From: a virus
Taxonomy: Duplodnaviria > Caudoviricetes
Reading direction: 5' to 3' (one strand)
Virus record (IMG/VR): IMGVR_UViG_3300021399_003599
DNA: 64,000 bases
Position numbers and translations under genes: made by a program. How positions within the stretch are numbered: position 1 is the stretch's first letter; the number at the start of each line of letters is the position of its first letter. Shown here piece after piece: positions 1-8,114 of this stretch. A model generated the notes under the pieces. That model did not search any database and had not been told where the DNA came from. It worked only from the letters and a program-made list of their open reading frames with translations.

Positions 1-419
1 AGTTCTCTTTCAGAGACAATCCGTATATTCGTTATATGATTTAAATTTATATATTGCGTTTTTTGAACAGAAATAAATCCTAAATCATTAATTCGTCTAA
101 GCTTCTCTTGCCAATAAGAAAGAGCTTCTCCAAAAGACGAAAAATGTTCTTTATCAAAAACTCTGTTTTCATTTTCAAATTGATATTCTATATACCAGCA
201 ACAATCTTCATCTTTAACTCCAAGACCAGTTAACACAGGTTCTTCATTCTCTTCTATTCTTCGAGCAATTTCTCTTAAACATCTGCGGAGCTTGCTTGAA
301 CAAGAAATACTATCTCTTTCAACACCTAACACATCACATAGACCTAAAAGCGACATCGTAATGTTATCATCAACATCGATATTATCCGCATAATCTCGTA
401 GTTCTTCTTGAAGACTCAT
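1..419 (-). CDS. hypothetical protein, 3'-truncated by window edge (MSLQEELRDYADNIDVDD...)
   Basis: ATG at 419 just after the stop of ORF 423..677; frame appears open to position 1. Confidence 0.7.
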   Translation of the reverse strand, partial: MSLQEELRDYADNIDVDDNITMSLLGLCDVLGVERDSISCSSKLRRCLREIARRIEENEEPVLTGLGVKDEDCCWYIEYQFENENRVFDKEHFSSFGEALSYWQEKLRRINDLGFISVQKTQYINLNHITNIRIVSERE

Positions 420-422
420 ATT

Positions 423-677
423 TTAAATAACTCCTTTACGCTTATTCCATTTAGTGATAGCATCTTCTCTCAGAAGAGATCTAGAAGTCATATCAAGATC
501 GCATCTATTACAAGTAACATGCCAATACATAAAATGACGCCAAATTTCAACACTATCAACATCTCCGCAGAGAGGGCAAGGCTTAATTTGCTGATTTAGC
601 GCGGGATTAGCATGAACCTGTAATGGAGGAGGTGTTTGTTCTATCTGATAAGCTAATACTTCCATTTTAACCTCCAA
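423..677 (-). CDS. Lar-like (restriction alleviation) zinc-ribbon protein
   Basis: KPCPLCG...CNRC...AITKWNKR matches the Lar family pattern. Confidence 0.65.
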   Translation of the reverse strand: MEVKMEVLAYQIEQTPPPLQVHANPALNQQIKPCPLCGDVDSVEIWRHFMYWHVTCNRCDLDMTSRSLLREDAITKWNKRKGVI

Positions 678-804
678 AGAAAATAATTCTGACTAAACTA
701 ATAATCAATAACCAAAATAGCGCAGTTAAAAATAAACACATTATCCAAAAGAAACAACCAAAAGCAGTTGATTCAGAATCCCAAGGTCGCTGTTTGCGGG
801 CCAT
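667..804 (-). CDS. small membrane protein (45 aa, MARKQRPWDS...)
   Basis: read manually; AAGGAG SD; hydrophobic helix; packed between neighbouring genes. Confidence 0.6.
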   Translation of the reverse strand: MARKQRPWDSESTAFGCFFWIMCLFLTALFWLLIISLVRIIFFGG

Positions 805-816
805 CGCTTAACTCCT

Positions 817-930
817 TTAACTTCCAAACGGTCCTGTCCCCATAATATCATCATCGTCACCGAAGTCACCGACAGAAAGCATGAGCATCATTGCTAATAT
901 AAGGAAAAAACTTAAAAGAAAATAAATCAT
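817..930 (-). CDS. small membrane protein (MIYFLLSFF...)
   Basis: ATGA overlap with stop of 927..1712; hydrophobic N-terminus. Confidence 0.5.
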   Translation of the reverse strand: MIYFLLSFFLILAMMLMLSVGDFGDDDDIMGTGPFGS

Positions 931-1712
931 CGCTTTGTCTTCACCCGCCTTTGACAGTTGGGGCAAAAGCGTGGTGTGGATCCCCATTCTTTCCCGCACG
1001 CACTACAATGAACCGTGAATGGTGGTAGTAAACCATCAAAACAATCAGTCACCACCGGCTCACACTCGCACTCTTCATCGCTCCCCAGGGTAGCAATCCT
1101 AGCAATAGCATCGTCTGACGTATGTCCATCCCACTCTGGCGCACGTTCAAGCTCACGGCATCTGAACATGTCCCAGTAAGGATCAATGTTATAGTGATAT
1201 GTTGCCGGACCTTCTGGTGTATCAATACCAACTATGAACATGCCGGGATACATAGTACCATCATGATGCTGTTTTGACTTCCAAGCTCTATCTTTGTGAA
1301 TGTTTACAATCACAGAAAACAAAACGGCTCGGTGATGATAAAGTTCATTAAAAGTATGATAGCCGTCGCTTGTTTCACCAGTAACTCCAAAATCTATATG
1401 GAGTAACCAATCAGATAATCTCATGCTAGCTTCATAGCCGAATGGAATGTCATCATGGAGCGCCGCAGCTAAATCACGAATCTCTTTCTCTCCAATATGT
1501 TTAAGATTATCGTGCTCTCGTTGAAACTTTTTAAGCCATTTCTCATACGATTTTTCTTCTAAATTCTCACCAGAAACTTCTTGACTCTTATTCATAATGT
1601 CTAGTACATAATAGACATTCATAAAAAATCTATAACACTCTGATATACACATTCCTGTCTTCTCTTGGAATTCTCGGAGTTCCGCAGTCATTGGTTTAAC
1701 AATATCTATCAT
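927..1712 (-). CDS. WDGH-domain phage protein with C-terminal zinc ribbon
   Basis: SDGYHTFNELYHHR...WKSKQHHDG...TYHY...APEWDGHT motif; CSAC/CPNC pair. Confidence 0.7.
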   Translation of the reverse strand: MIDIVKPMTAELREFQEKTGMCISECYRFFMNVYYVLDIMNKSQEVSGENLEEKSYEKWLKKFQREHDNLKHIGEKEIRDLAAALHDDIPFGYEASMRLSDWLLHIDFGVTGETSDGYHTFNELYHHRAVLFSVIVNIHKDRAWKSKQHHDGTMYPGMFIVGIDTPEGPATYHYNIDPYWDMFRCRELERAPEWDGHTSDDAIARIATLGSDEECECEPVVTDCFDGLLPPFTVHCSACGKEWGSTPRFCPNCQRRVKTKR

Positions 1713-1845
1713 TTTCCGAACTGCTCCTCTCTGCTTTCATAAATTCATCTGTAACCATCTTGAGCACTTTGAATATGAACACGTTTACAATAACAAGAAA
1801 GAGAATTAAAAGACTTAAACAAACTGTTAACAAAGACTCAATCAT
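1696..1845 (-). CDS. small membrane protein (49 aa, MIESLLTVCL...)
   Basis: read manually; ATGA overlap with upstream gene; one hydrophobic helix. Confidence 0.55.
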   Translation of the reverse strand: MIESLLTVCLSLLILFLVIVNVFIFKVLKMVTDEFMKAERSSSENDRYC

Positions 1846-2198
1846 TGTTTCACCCGCCGCCCACATCCGGGACAAAGGGGCTTTAGATTAAGCTTCGTAT
1901 TGTCTTGATCGCAACTCCGCGGCTCTATGTGCGGATAACCGCACTTCGAGCAGCGCCACTTATCATAAAGTGCGTTGCTATACTCTAGCACCCACTCGCA
2001 TCTATCGTCCCCTAACGTTACTTCGATTACTTGCTCAGGGGTAAGAATGGTCGAGCAAACTAGCCCATCACGACTCTGTACAAACGTTACGTCAATACCA
2101 TTAGCGCTAAATTTCGTGCTCGTAGCACCAGTTATGCCATAATCCCATTCCACGCCCTTCTCATCGAGCAGGCGGCGCAGCTCGTCAATTACTATCAT
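1842..2198 (-). CDS. hypothetical protein with C-terminal zinc ribbon
   Basis: CSKC...CPGC; overlapping gene chain. Confidence 0.7.
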   Translation of the reverse strand: MIVIDELRRLLDEKGVEWDYGITGATSTKFSANGIDVTFVQSRDGLVCSTILTPEQVIEVTLGDDRCEWVLEYSNALYDKWRCSKCGYPHIEPRSCDQDNTKLNLKPLCPGCGRRVKQ

Positions 2199-2383
2199 AG
2201 ATATTCCCTACTAAGTGTTTTGATCGTGGCAACTATAATAGCAGACGCAGCTACCGATCTACATGCATACGCCGTAACTTCCTCTGTGCTCACAGATTTA
2301 AGGCTCTCCTTATAATCATCAATAGCATTTCCTAAAAGATTTAATATTTGATTTTCGACCGCTTCGACTTCAGGATCATTCAT
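2195..2383 (-). CDS. hypothetical protein
   Basis: GAGGAG SD; in operon. Confidence 0.65.
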   Translation of the reverse strand: MNDPEVEAVENQILNLLGNAIDDYKESLKSVSTEEVTAYACRSVAASAIIVATIKTLSREYL

Positions 2384-2398
2384 AGTTGCTCCTCTATC

Positions 2399-2707
2399 TC
2401 ATCGATTACCAACTCTTACCCAACTATTCCATCGACGCTCTGTTTCTTCTTTACTTACGCGCATCTTAAATCTTAGTCCGCAACTACACACAATTGAACC
2501 GTTCACCCAACAAACAGATCGACCGCATAATGGGCAAGGTTTCAGGTCATCAAGTACATTTAGCCAACCCATCTGCCAACATCGAAACAAGATGTTGTCA
2601 ATAACAGCCATCTCATCGGGGCTATCACTAATATTAGTGTTCTCGATCAGCAGCTCTTTTGCTTTATTGATCAGCTCGAATCGGCTATCGATTATAGCGT
2701 CGCTCAT
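2399..2707 (-). CDS. hypothetical protein with C-terminal Lar-like zinc ribbon
   Basis: LKPCPLCG...CSCG...ERRWN; ATGA overlap start at 2707. Confidence 0.65.
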   Translation of the reverse strand: MSDAIIDSRFELINKAKELLIENTNISDSPDEMAVIDNILFRCWQMGWLNVLDDLKPCPLCGRSVCWVNGSIVCSCGLRFKMRVSKEETERRWNSWVRVGNR

Positions 2708-2895
2708 CTGCACCACTGTCCTTTTTCTGACCTAGCTTTTGCTTCATCACGGGTCAAAGTCCATCCTGTCCACTGTCTACAAGAAGTACAACACCCGCTC
2801 CAAAGCTTGGTGCGGGCATCGTAAGTAAGAATCAAAGTTCCATTTATAAAATTATGTTTACAAGTAGGACGATCATAGTTTTTAATTTCAATCAT
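2704..2895 (-). CDS. hypothetical protein
   Basis: TAATG coupling to upstream gene. Confidence 0.6.
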   Translation of the reverse strand: MIEIKNYDRPTCKHNFINGTLILTYDARTKLWSGCCTSCRQWTGWTLTRDEAKARSEKGQWCR

Positions 2896-3149
2896 TATAA
2901 CTCCTGAGCAAGTTCATACATCCTTATCACAGCATATTCTGTATCTATCCGAGTCATCCAGAAAGGAGCTTTTTCTCCGACATAAAGAGTATCCATAGAA
3001 GCCTGCATCCCACTTGGAAAAAGCTTTAAGTAAGCTTTTTCTGGATATCCTTTAGACCATATCTCTACACCGTGGGGCTCATATAGCTTTTCTAGTTGCC
3101 ACCCAGAGAGTTGAAGATTTCGTATACCAGGTGTAATATTAATATTCAT
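2895..3149 (-). CDS. hypothetical protein (probable start MNINITPG)
   Basis: GGAGG SD upstream of ATG 3149. Confidence 0.6.
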   Translation of the reverse strand: MNINITPGIRNLQLSGWQLEKLYEPHGVEIWSKGYPEKAYLKLFPSGMQASMDTLYVGEKAPFWMTRIDTEYAVIRMYELAQEL

Positions 3150-3150
3150 A

Positions 3151-3369
3151 TTATAGAGCATCCTCCTTAAGAACGTCATCAAGAGTCCGAGTCTCATCCT
3201 TGCGGGCCCCGTTAGGAAAAGCAGGGCAGGAAGGATAGCTCCAGAAAGGACAAGTAGTACAATCCTCGAAGGTGTCCTGGTTCAGGCATCCCATGAGTTT
3301 AAAGGTCTCAACTGCACGGTCTGCGGTCCCAAAGAGCTGCTCCCACACGGTTTCCTGATGCTGAGTCAT
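3151..3369 (-). CDS. hypothetical Cys-containing protein
   Basis: GGAGG SD; CTTCPF motif. Confidence 0.65.
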   Translation of the reverse strand: MTQHQETVWEQLFGTADRAVETFKLMGCLNQDTFEDCTTCPFWSYPSCPAFPNGARKDETRTLDDVLKEDAL

Positions 3370-3379
3370 ATGAATCCTC

Positions 3380-3589
3380 CTAGCGAAGTTCGACCTTCTG
3401 AATGTAAGCAGTATTTGCTAAATCTTGATTTACCCAGTTGTTTGTACCTGGAGGAAGTTGATCATATCCTGCGCGAATTAACTCCCTTTCTGCATCTGCT
3501 ATCTGATAATAGACAGTTGTAAAACGATGGTCTATTTCACCAGTGAAGTTATTATAAACACAGTAAACAGGAACGTACATGAGACTCAC
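3380..3589 (-). CDS. hypothetical protein
   Basis: first gene after promoter 3621-3649. Confidence 0.6.
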   Translation of the reverse strand: MSLMYVPVYCVYNNFTGEIDHRFTTVYYQIADAERELIRAGYDQLPPGTNNWVNQDLANTAYIQKVELR

Positions 3590-3620
3590 CTTCTTTCCTT
3601 TCCTTACTTTCTATAAATAT

Positions 3621-3649
3621 ATTATATCATAAAAAAGAACGCCCGTCAA
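3621..3649 (-). promoter_or_regulatory. sigma70-type promoter TTGACG-17-TATAAT
   Basis: consensus boxes with 17-nt spacer; same motif recurs about 20 times in the window. Confidence 0.8.
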
Positions 3650-3672
3650 GTAGAAACTTGACGAGCGTTCTT
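3635..3672 (-). terminator. intrinsic terminator hairpin that contains the -35 box of the next promoter
   Basis: AAGAACGCTCGTCAAGT-TTCT-ACTTGACGGGCGTTCTT followed by T tract. Confidence 0.7.
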
Positions 3673-3673
3673 G

Positions 3674-3868
3674 CTAAGTCTTCTTTTTCTTATTCTCAAA
3701 TTTTTGTTCAAAATAATAATATATATCTTCTATACTCCAGTCTCGAGAATCAAACCATGCCACTATAATAGTTACGATTAATACAAAAAGACCAAGGAAA
3801 AAAACCGTACTAAAAGCACCTAGAAGAAGAAGACCAAGTGTCGAAATAATATTTGTAACTATATCCAT
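3674..3868 (-). CDS. small membrane protein
   Basis: long hydrophobic N-terminal segment. Confidence 0.65.
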   Translation of the reverse strand: MDIVTNIISTLGLLLLGAFSTVFFLGLFVLIVTIIVAWFDSRDWSIEDIYYYFEQKFENKKKKT

Positions 3869-4087
3869 TTATCGTCCTAACATATTAGAAAGATCTTCAC
3901 AACCAATGCGGACACCATCATAAAGCTCTGAGGCACCAAAAAACCGAAAGACAGTACCGACCTCGCCTTTCGTTAGATTATACTCATCGGCATAATCTTC
4001 AAGGGTTTCAACAACATCTTTAAAAGACCAACCATTTGCCTCCATGATCTTATAGTCTTCGTTAGTAAAGAGGAAAGCGCAAGCCAT
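3869..4087 (-). CDS. hypothetical protein
   Basis: GGAG SD before ATG 4087. Confidence 0.65.
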   Translation of the reverse strand: MACAFLFTNEDYKIMEANGWSFKDVVETLEDYADEYNLTKGEVGTVFRFFGASELYDGVRIGCEDLSNMLGR

Positions 4088-4103
4088 TTTTTTCTCCAAT
4101 TCT

Positions 4104-5234
4104 TTAATAATCTATATCAGTATAGTTAAAAGGACAAAGATCATCAATCTTACCGTACTTGCGGGCAGCGAACAAAAACTTCTTGTGCTTAGAATAGAGA
4201 GGATCACCTAAAACCTTGAGAGCATACTCCTTCTGAGTTCGATCGTTGTACAAGACAAGAGCTGAATTCCAAAGAGAAGCCATGTGATAAATCTTATACA
4301 AATGACGATCTACGACATTCTTAACCTCCTCAATGTTAGCCATAACATCATCTGAAAAACCAAAGACCTTGAGATCATGATGGTTCGAGTACTCAAGCCA
4401 CTGCGCGAAGTTAGTCTTCTCTAACTCCGCAATAAATCCCTTGTCCCAGTTATAACGCAGAGCCCGCAGGGCAAGATAAGAATCCTGCTTAAACTTAATC
4501 AGCTTTCCATCGAAGAAATGAATAACCATTCCCTCAGCGTTCTCTCGCTCAGGAAGAGCAAGAGCCTCCCCAAGAGTCTCACAGTTTAGACGCTGGGCAA
4601 CAGAAAATCCATTCTGCTCCCACTCAGAATTGAGTAAGCATCCCTCAGTCCAACTTCCCGTCTCGATATCAACATAACCAAGAAGAACAATGTCTCGGTG
4701 CGGATAATGAATTACATGCTCCTCGGGATCCAATAGCTCAAACAGAAAAGTCTTGTGCGGGAAACGCTCTATCATGTGCTTCGCGCACATATACATTCGA
4801 CTATTGGAATGAAGGAACTCAGTAAACGACAAAGCAATCTCACTATCAAGGCGTCCGCGAGTAGAAAGAGCCGGCTCTCCGTTGTCATCCCACAGAATGC
4901 CCAGAGAACCATCAAGCTTATCTACAGCAATTACATTAGCATTAAAGTTAGGCTTAAAAGTAGACTCAAAGCTTCCCTCCTCATCGCAGAGATGATAGGT
5001 TCCCTGCTCCTGCTCAATGGTGAAAAACTTAGCGAAAGGTCGAGCAATAACGTTATCGTTCTTATCGCAGATCAACCCACGACACACCGTGGTCTCTATC
5101 GTCCAGTATCCATCATAGGTAGCCTTAGGAGTATAATTATAAATAACCTTATCGTGATACTCACGAGCAGTGATGTACCCGTTCTCAATGTCCTCACGAA
5201 GCTTCTGAATGTTAACAAGCTGATCGAGCTTCAT
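4104..5234 (-). CDS. T4 Rnl1/RnlA-like RNA ligase
   Basis: IYNY...CRGLI...ARPFAKFF; motif I KLDGSLG; STRG; TFLFEL; motif IV EGMVI; IKFK. Confidence 0.9.
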   Translation of the reverse strand: MKLDQLVNIQKLREDIENGYITAREYHDKVIYNYTPKATYDGYWTIETTVCRGLICDKNDNVIARPFAKFFTIEQEQGTYHLCDEEGSFESTFKPNFNANVIAVDKLDGSLGILWDDNGEPALSTRGRLDSEIALSFTEFLHSNSRMYMCAKHMIERFPHKTFLFELLDPEEHVIHYPHRDIVLLGYVDIETGSWTEGCLLNSEWEQNGFSVAQRLNCETLGEALALPERENAEGMVIHFFDGKLIKFKQDSYLALRALRYNWDKGFIAELEKTNFAQWLEYSNHHDLKVFGFSDDVMANIEEVKNVVDRHLYKIYHMASLWNSALVLYNDRTQKEYALKVLGDPLYSKHKKFLFAARKYGKIDDLCPFNYTDIDY

Positions 5235-5265
5235 TCTTTATCCTTTCTCTTTTCTTTATAATAAT

Positions 5266-5294
5266 ATTATATCATAAAGAAAAGGCGCCGTCAA
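5266..5294 (-). promoter_or_regulatory. sigma70-type promoter for the RNA ligase gene, -35 inside a terminator-like hairpin
   Basis: TTGACG-17-TATAAT; imperfect inverted repeat about 5285-5316. Confidence 0.75.
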
Positions 5295-5322
5295 GTATTA
5301 ATTACTTAACGACGCTAGAATT

Positions 5323-5622
5323 TTATTTACCAATATAAGGAATTATTCTGGATCGACAACGAGGACAATAATCTAGTTTATTTTCTTTCTCGTCTTCACC
5401 TCTTGGACCTCGAGGATCTCTTATAATTTCGTATTCTATTTCAAAGTCACAATTACTACAGTGAAAATGTCCTGTTGGTTTATCACTCCAGCCCCATTCG
5501 TTCCAACAAACACTATCCTTTATATATTTAACTGTGCCCAGCTTCTCTTCTCCAAGAGTCATTGGAAGATCTATTTCATAAGGAGCTACGCTGTACAGAT
5601 CGAGAAAGATAGAATCAAACAT
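5323..5622 (-). CDS. hypothetical zinc-ribbon protein
   Basis: CSNC...CPRC; AAGGAG SD. Confidence 0.7.
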   Translation of the reverse strand: MFDSIFLDLYSVAPYEIDLPMTLGEEKLGTVKYIKDSVCWNEWGWSDKPTGHFHCSNCDFEIEYEIIRDPRGPRGEDEKENKLDYCPRCRSRIIPYIGK

Positions 5623-5633
5623 TCTTACTCCTT

Positions 5634-6218
5634 TTAGTAAGACTCATTCACAAGAACTAGCTCATCATTAGGAGCATCGAAGAAATAAGTATCCATTGCC
5701 TTAGAAAAACCATTAAGAAAATAACCTTGGAAACGGATAATATCCCAAAGCTCATCCATATAAGCTCCACCGGTCATAAGAGCCTTGCGCATCTCCGCAG
5801 CCTGACGGAAGGTAACCCAGCAGTCCTCCTCACTCCAATAGTCAGGATCATCCTTTACCACGGGCGGACGATCAGGATCATAAATGTGAAGACCATTGCA
5901 ACCAAACAGATCAAGGTACATCTCATACTTCTGCGCGCCCTCGGTCTCCATGTAAGCATCAAGTGCGGCAGCTAGCTTCCGCAGATCACCTACCTTTACG
6001 AAAAAAGACTGAGAATCTTTATCTTCTGTGTTCTTGATACCAATATCACGACGCATCTCACCGATAAAATCACTGAACGCCCAGCCGCAGATACCATAGA
6101 ACATGCCAGTACCCTCCATGGAAGCTCGCTCCCACTGATCTGCGGTCTGTGCGATCTTGGCTAGAGCCTCCTGCTTGCGGGCATTGTTGGTGAAGCAAAA
6201 CTCAACATCATAAGACAT
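5634..6218 (-). CDS. hypothetical protein
   Basis: 194 aa ORF with AGGAG SD. Confidence 0.75.
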   Translation of the reverse strand: MSYDVEFCFTNNARKQEALAKIAQTADQWERASMEGTGMFYGICGWAFSDFIGEMRRDIGIKNTEDKDSQSFFVKVGDLRKLAAALDAYMETEGAQKYEMYLDLFGCNGLHIYDPDRPPVVKDDPDYWSEEDCWVTFRQAAEMRKALMTGGAYMDELWDIIRFQGYFLNGFSKAMDTYFFDAPNDELVLVNESY

Positions 6219-6230
6219 AATCTATCTCCT

Positions 6231-6449
6231 TTAGTAAAAAGGTCGATGCTTTTTAAAGTAAATATGATTATAAATTTTAACGGCTAAGAGAGTTACTAAA
6301 GCAATAATCCATGAACCCCATACTGGAGCAAGCACTGCGATCCAATCCCAATCAATTATTCCTCCTAACTTCAAGCCAATGAATAGAACTCCAAGCAAAG
6401 TAAGGAATAATCCGTTATCTCCAATTGTAACCTTATAATCATCCATCAT
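6231..6449 (-). CDS. two-helix phage membrane protein
   Basis: LFIGLKLGGIIDWDWIAVLAPVW, a common phage membrane family pattern. Confidence 0.75.
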   Translation of the reverse strand: MMDDYKVTIGDNGLFLTLLGVLFIGLKLGGIIDWDWIAVLAPVWGSWIIALVTLLAVKIYNHIYFKKHRPFY

Positions 6450-6457
6450 AGCTCCTT

Positions 6458-6754
6458 TTATTTACTCGCAAAATGCTTCTTCCAGTATGCGTGGGCCTCC
6501 TCCTCGTTATGGAACTTTCCATATCCTTCCGGGTCCCAGCCCTCTTTGTTCTGAACCCAAGACCAACTCTTGAATTCATCCCAAGTACAAGACATTCGAT
6601 AATCAGCAATGGCATAAGAAGCATTGTACTTCTTATAAGCAGCGCCGCTAGGAATGTCATTACATTTCTCAGATCGACGAATTCTGCGATTAAAGATCTT
6701 CTTCCAAGTCTTATCGCCCGCGCCTTGGAATCCTTCTCGATAACTTCTGCTCAT
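6458..6754 (-). CDS. basic hypothetical phage protein (MSRSYR...)
   Basis: GAAAGG SD; directly after a promoter. Confidence 0.75.
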   Translation of the reverse strand: MSRSYREGFQGAGDKTWKKIFNRRIRRSEKCNDIPSGAAYKKYNASYAIADYRMSCTWDEFKSWSWVQNKEGWDPEGYGKFHNEEEAHAYWKKHFASK

Positions 6755-6786
6755 ATCGTCAATCCTTTCTCTCTTTTGTTAAATAT

Positions 6787-6815
6787 ATTATATCATATAA
6801 AAAAGGAGCGGTCAA
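6787..6815 (-). promoter_or_regulatory. sigma70-type promoter, -35 inside terminator hairpin 6803-6838
   Basis: TTGACC-17-TATAAT; AAGGAGCGATTAAGT/ACTTGACCGCTCCTT plus T tract. Confidence 0.75.
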
Positions 6816-6849
6816 GTATGAAAACTTAATCGCTCCTTGGGATAGTTGT

Positions 6850-6944
6850 GTGCGGGGTTGCTGTAGCTTCCGCACTGGGAGTGTCCAATACTATTAGACT
6901 TTCGGGCTGTTACTCCCGCAGCCGCGTCCTTACAGGGACGAAAG
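6850..6944 (-). ncRNA. candidate structured ncRNA with pseudoknot
   Basis: GC-rich intergenic segment with four helices and GGGAGT/ACTCCC complementarity. Confidence 0.45.
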
Positions 6945-6954
6945 AAGAGAGGGG

Positions 6955-7086
6955 CTAAAATTCGTAGTAAAACTCATTGCTCCAATAATCATAGTTATTG
7001 GGCTCATCGATATGGTCATCAAACCATTCGTCCTCTTCAAAGTAGATATTCTCGACGTCATAGAAATCAGAAGTTGAAATAGTCAT
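6955..7086 (-). CDS. hyper-acidic aromatic micro-protein (43 aa)
   Basis: MTISTSDFYDVENIYFEEDEWFDDHIDEPNNYDYWSNEFYYEF; AGAAAGGA SD; own promoter. Confidence 0.7.
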   Translation of the reverse strand: MTISTSDFYDVENIYFEEDEWFDDHIDEPNNYDYWSNEFYYEF

Positions 7087-7139
7087 AATCTTTCCTTTCT
7101 ATTGGAAATCTTATTTCTTTCCTTGCTTTCTATAAATAT

Positions 7140-7169
7140 ATTATATCATAAAAATTAAGCTATCGTCAA
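7140..7169 (-). promoter_or_regulatory. sigma70-type promoter
   Basis: TTGACG-18-TATAAT. Confidence 0.7.
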
Positions 7170-7177
7170 GAGCTAAC

Positions 7178-7606
7178 TTACCACCAAAGACTGGGAATTA
7201 TCTCCGCTAAAATAGACAGAGCTGCTTTTTCATACTCGGGTGTTCGGAAAATATTCTCGTCTTTTAATGCTTTTTCTATATATTGACAAATTAAAAGACA
7301 AGTTTCTCGTTTTGTCAGCTCAACTTTTTCTCGGATGGGTTTATCTTTTTCCGTCCATCCTGTAATTATATACGCTTCTATTTTATGAGAGTCAAGATCT
7401 ACTATTTTATCTGCAATATCAAGATAAACTTTAATGTGCTCATACAGCCATGTCATCAGAGTATAATCTAAAGAATAGGTTTCACGTAAATCAAAAGCAT
7501 GTTTCTCTTTATCTTTTTTATTAACCTTTTTGGAAGAATTAAAGACACAATCTTCCTTTGAAGATATCCCTATCTTATTTAGATAATAATGATGACGTTT
7601 TGACAT
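7178..7606 (-). CDS. hypothetical protein
   Basis: 142 aa ORF ending PSLWW. Confidence 0.75.
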   Translation of the reverse strand: MSKRHHYYLNKIGISSKEDCVFNSSKKVNKKDKEKHAFDLRETYSLDYTLMTWLYEHIKVYLDIADKIVDLDSHKIEAYIITGWTEKDKPIREKVELTKRETCLLICQYIEKALKDENIFRTPEYEKAALSILAEIIPSLWW

Positions 7607-7625
7607 ATTTTCTCTTTCCTAATCT

Positions 7626-7735
7626 ATCAAACGGACATTTTGAGAATTCTAAAAAAATGTTAGAATCGAACTAACCTTAATTGTTTTTAAGACAAAATTT
7701 TCACCTTGAAGTAAGAACTCTCCCATCACGTTGAT
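7626..7735 (-). ncRNA. Y-RNA-like ncRNA copy 1, with anticodon-like arm and T arm
   Basis: ATCAACG-T-GATG-G-GAGAGTTCT-TACTTC...AGAATTCTC-AAAA-TGTC-CGTTTGAT; internal GTTAG-TTCGATT-CTAAC. Confidence 0.7.
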
Positions 7736-7744
7736 TTTTAAAAA

Positions 7745-7915
7745 CCAGCCCGACGTCCTCTAAGAAGAAGTCAGTCTGTAAAGCGTCTATAAACATAGAC
7801 GCTTTGCATCGTTAAAAAAGCTACCAGTCTCGGTCTAGCTGTACCGAGCTTATCTCGGGGTTGACCGCGCATACACCAGCGATTTGCTCCTATCTTTCAA
7901 GATATATTCATCGTC
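7745..7915 (-). ncRNA. candidate structured RNA(s) between tRNA-like gene and Y-like RNA
   Basis: several hairpins (11-bp AAAGCGTCTAT stem, CTCGGT/ACCGAG) and T tracts; no ORF. Confidence 0.35.
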
Positions 7916-7916
7916 A

Positions 7917-7996
7917 ATCGCCAGGGTTGGACTTGAACCAACAATCTGCTGTCAGCGTTACCCGCCAGCCGTCTTGCCTTTAGACGACCCAGCGAC
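7917..7996 (-). tRNA. tRNA-like RNA with aberrant anticodon arm, no encoded CCA
   Basis: acceptor CGCTGGG/CCTGGCG, D arm GTCT/AGAC, T arm GTTGG-TTCAAGT-CCAAC; anticodon arm GCTG-GCG-GGTAA-CGC-TGA-CAGC. Confidence 0.6.
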
Positions 7997-8037
7997 CTAG
8001 AATATATTATCCAGATCGTGCTAGTGATTTTCATCAC

Positions 8038-8114
8038 TGGGGTGAATATAGGGGCTCGAACCCTATGCCTACGGAGCCACAGTCCGTCGCTCTACCAAAT
8101 GAGCTATACCCACC
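8038..8114 (-). tRNA. tRNA-His(GTG)
   Basis: cloverleaf, G-1, loop CT-GTG-GC, CCA. Confidence 0.92.

Noticed and set aside
6899-6944. Hammerhead ribozyme (stems plus GAAA)
   Set aside because: The CUGANGA core is absent
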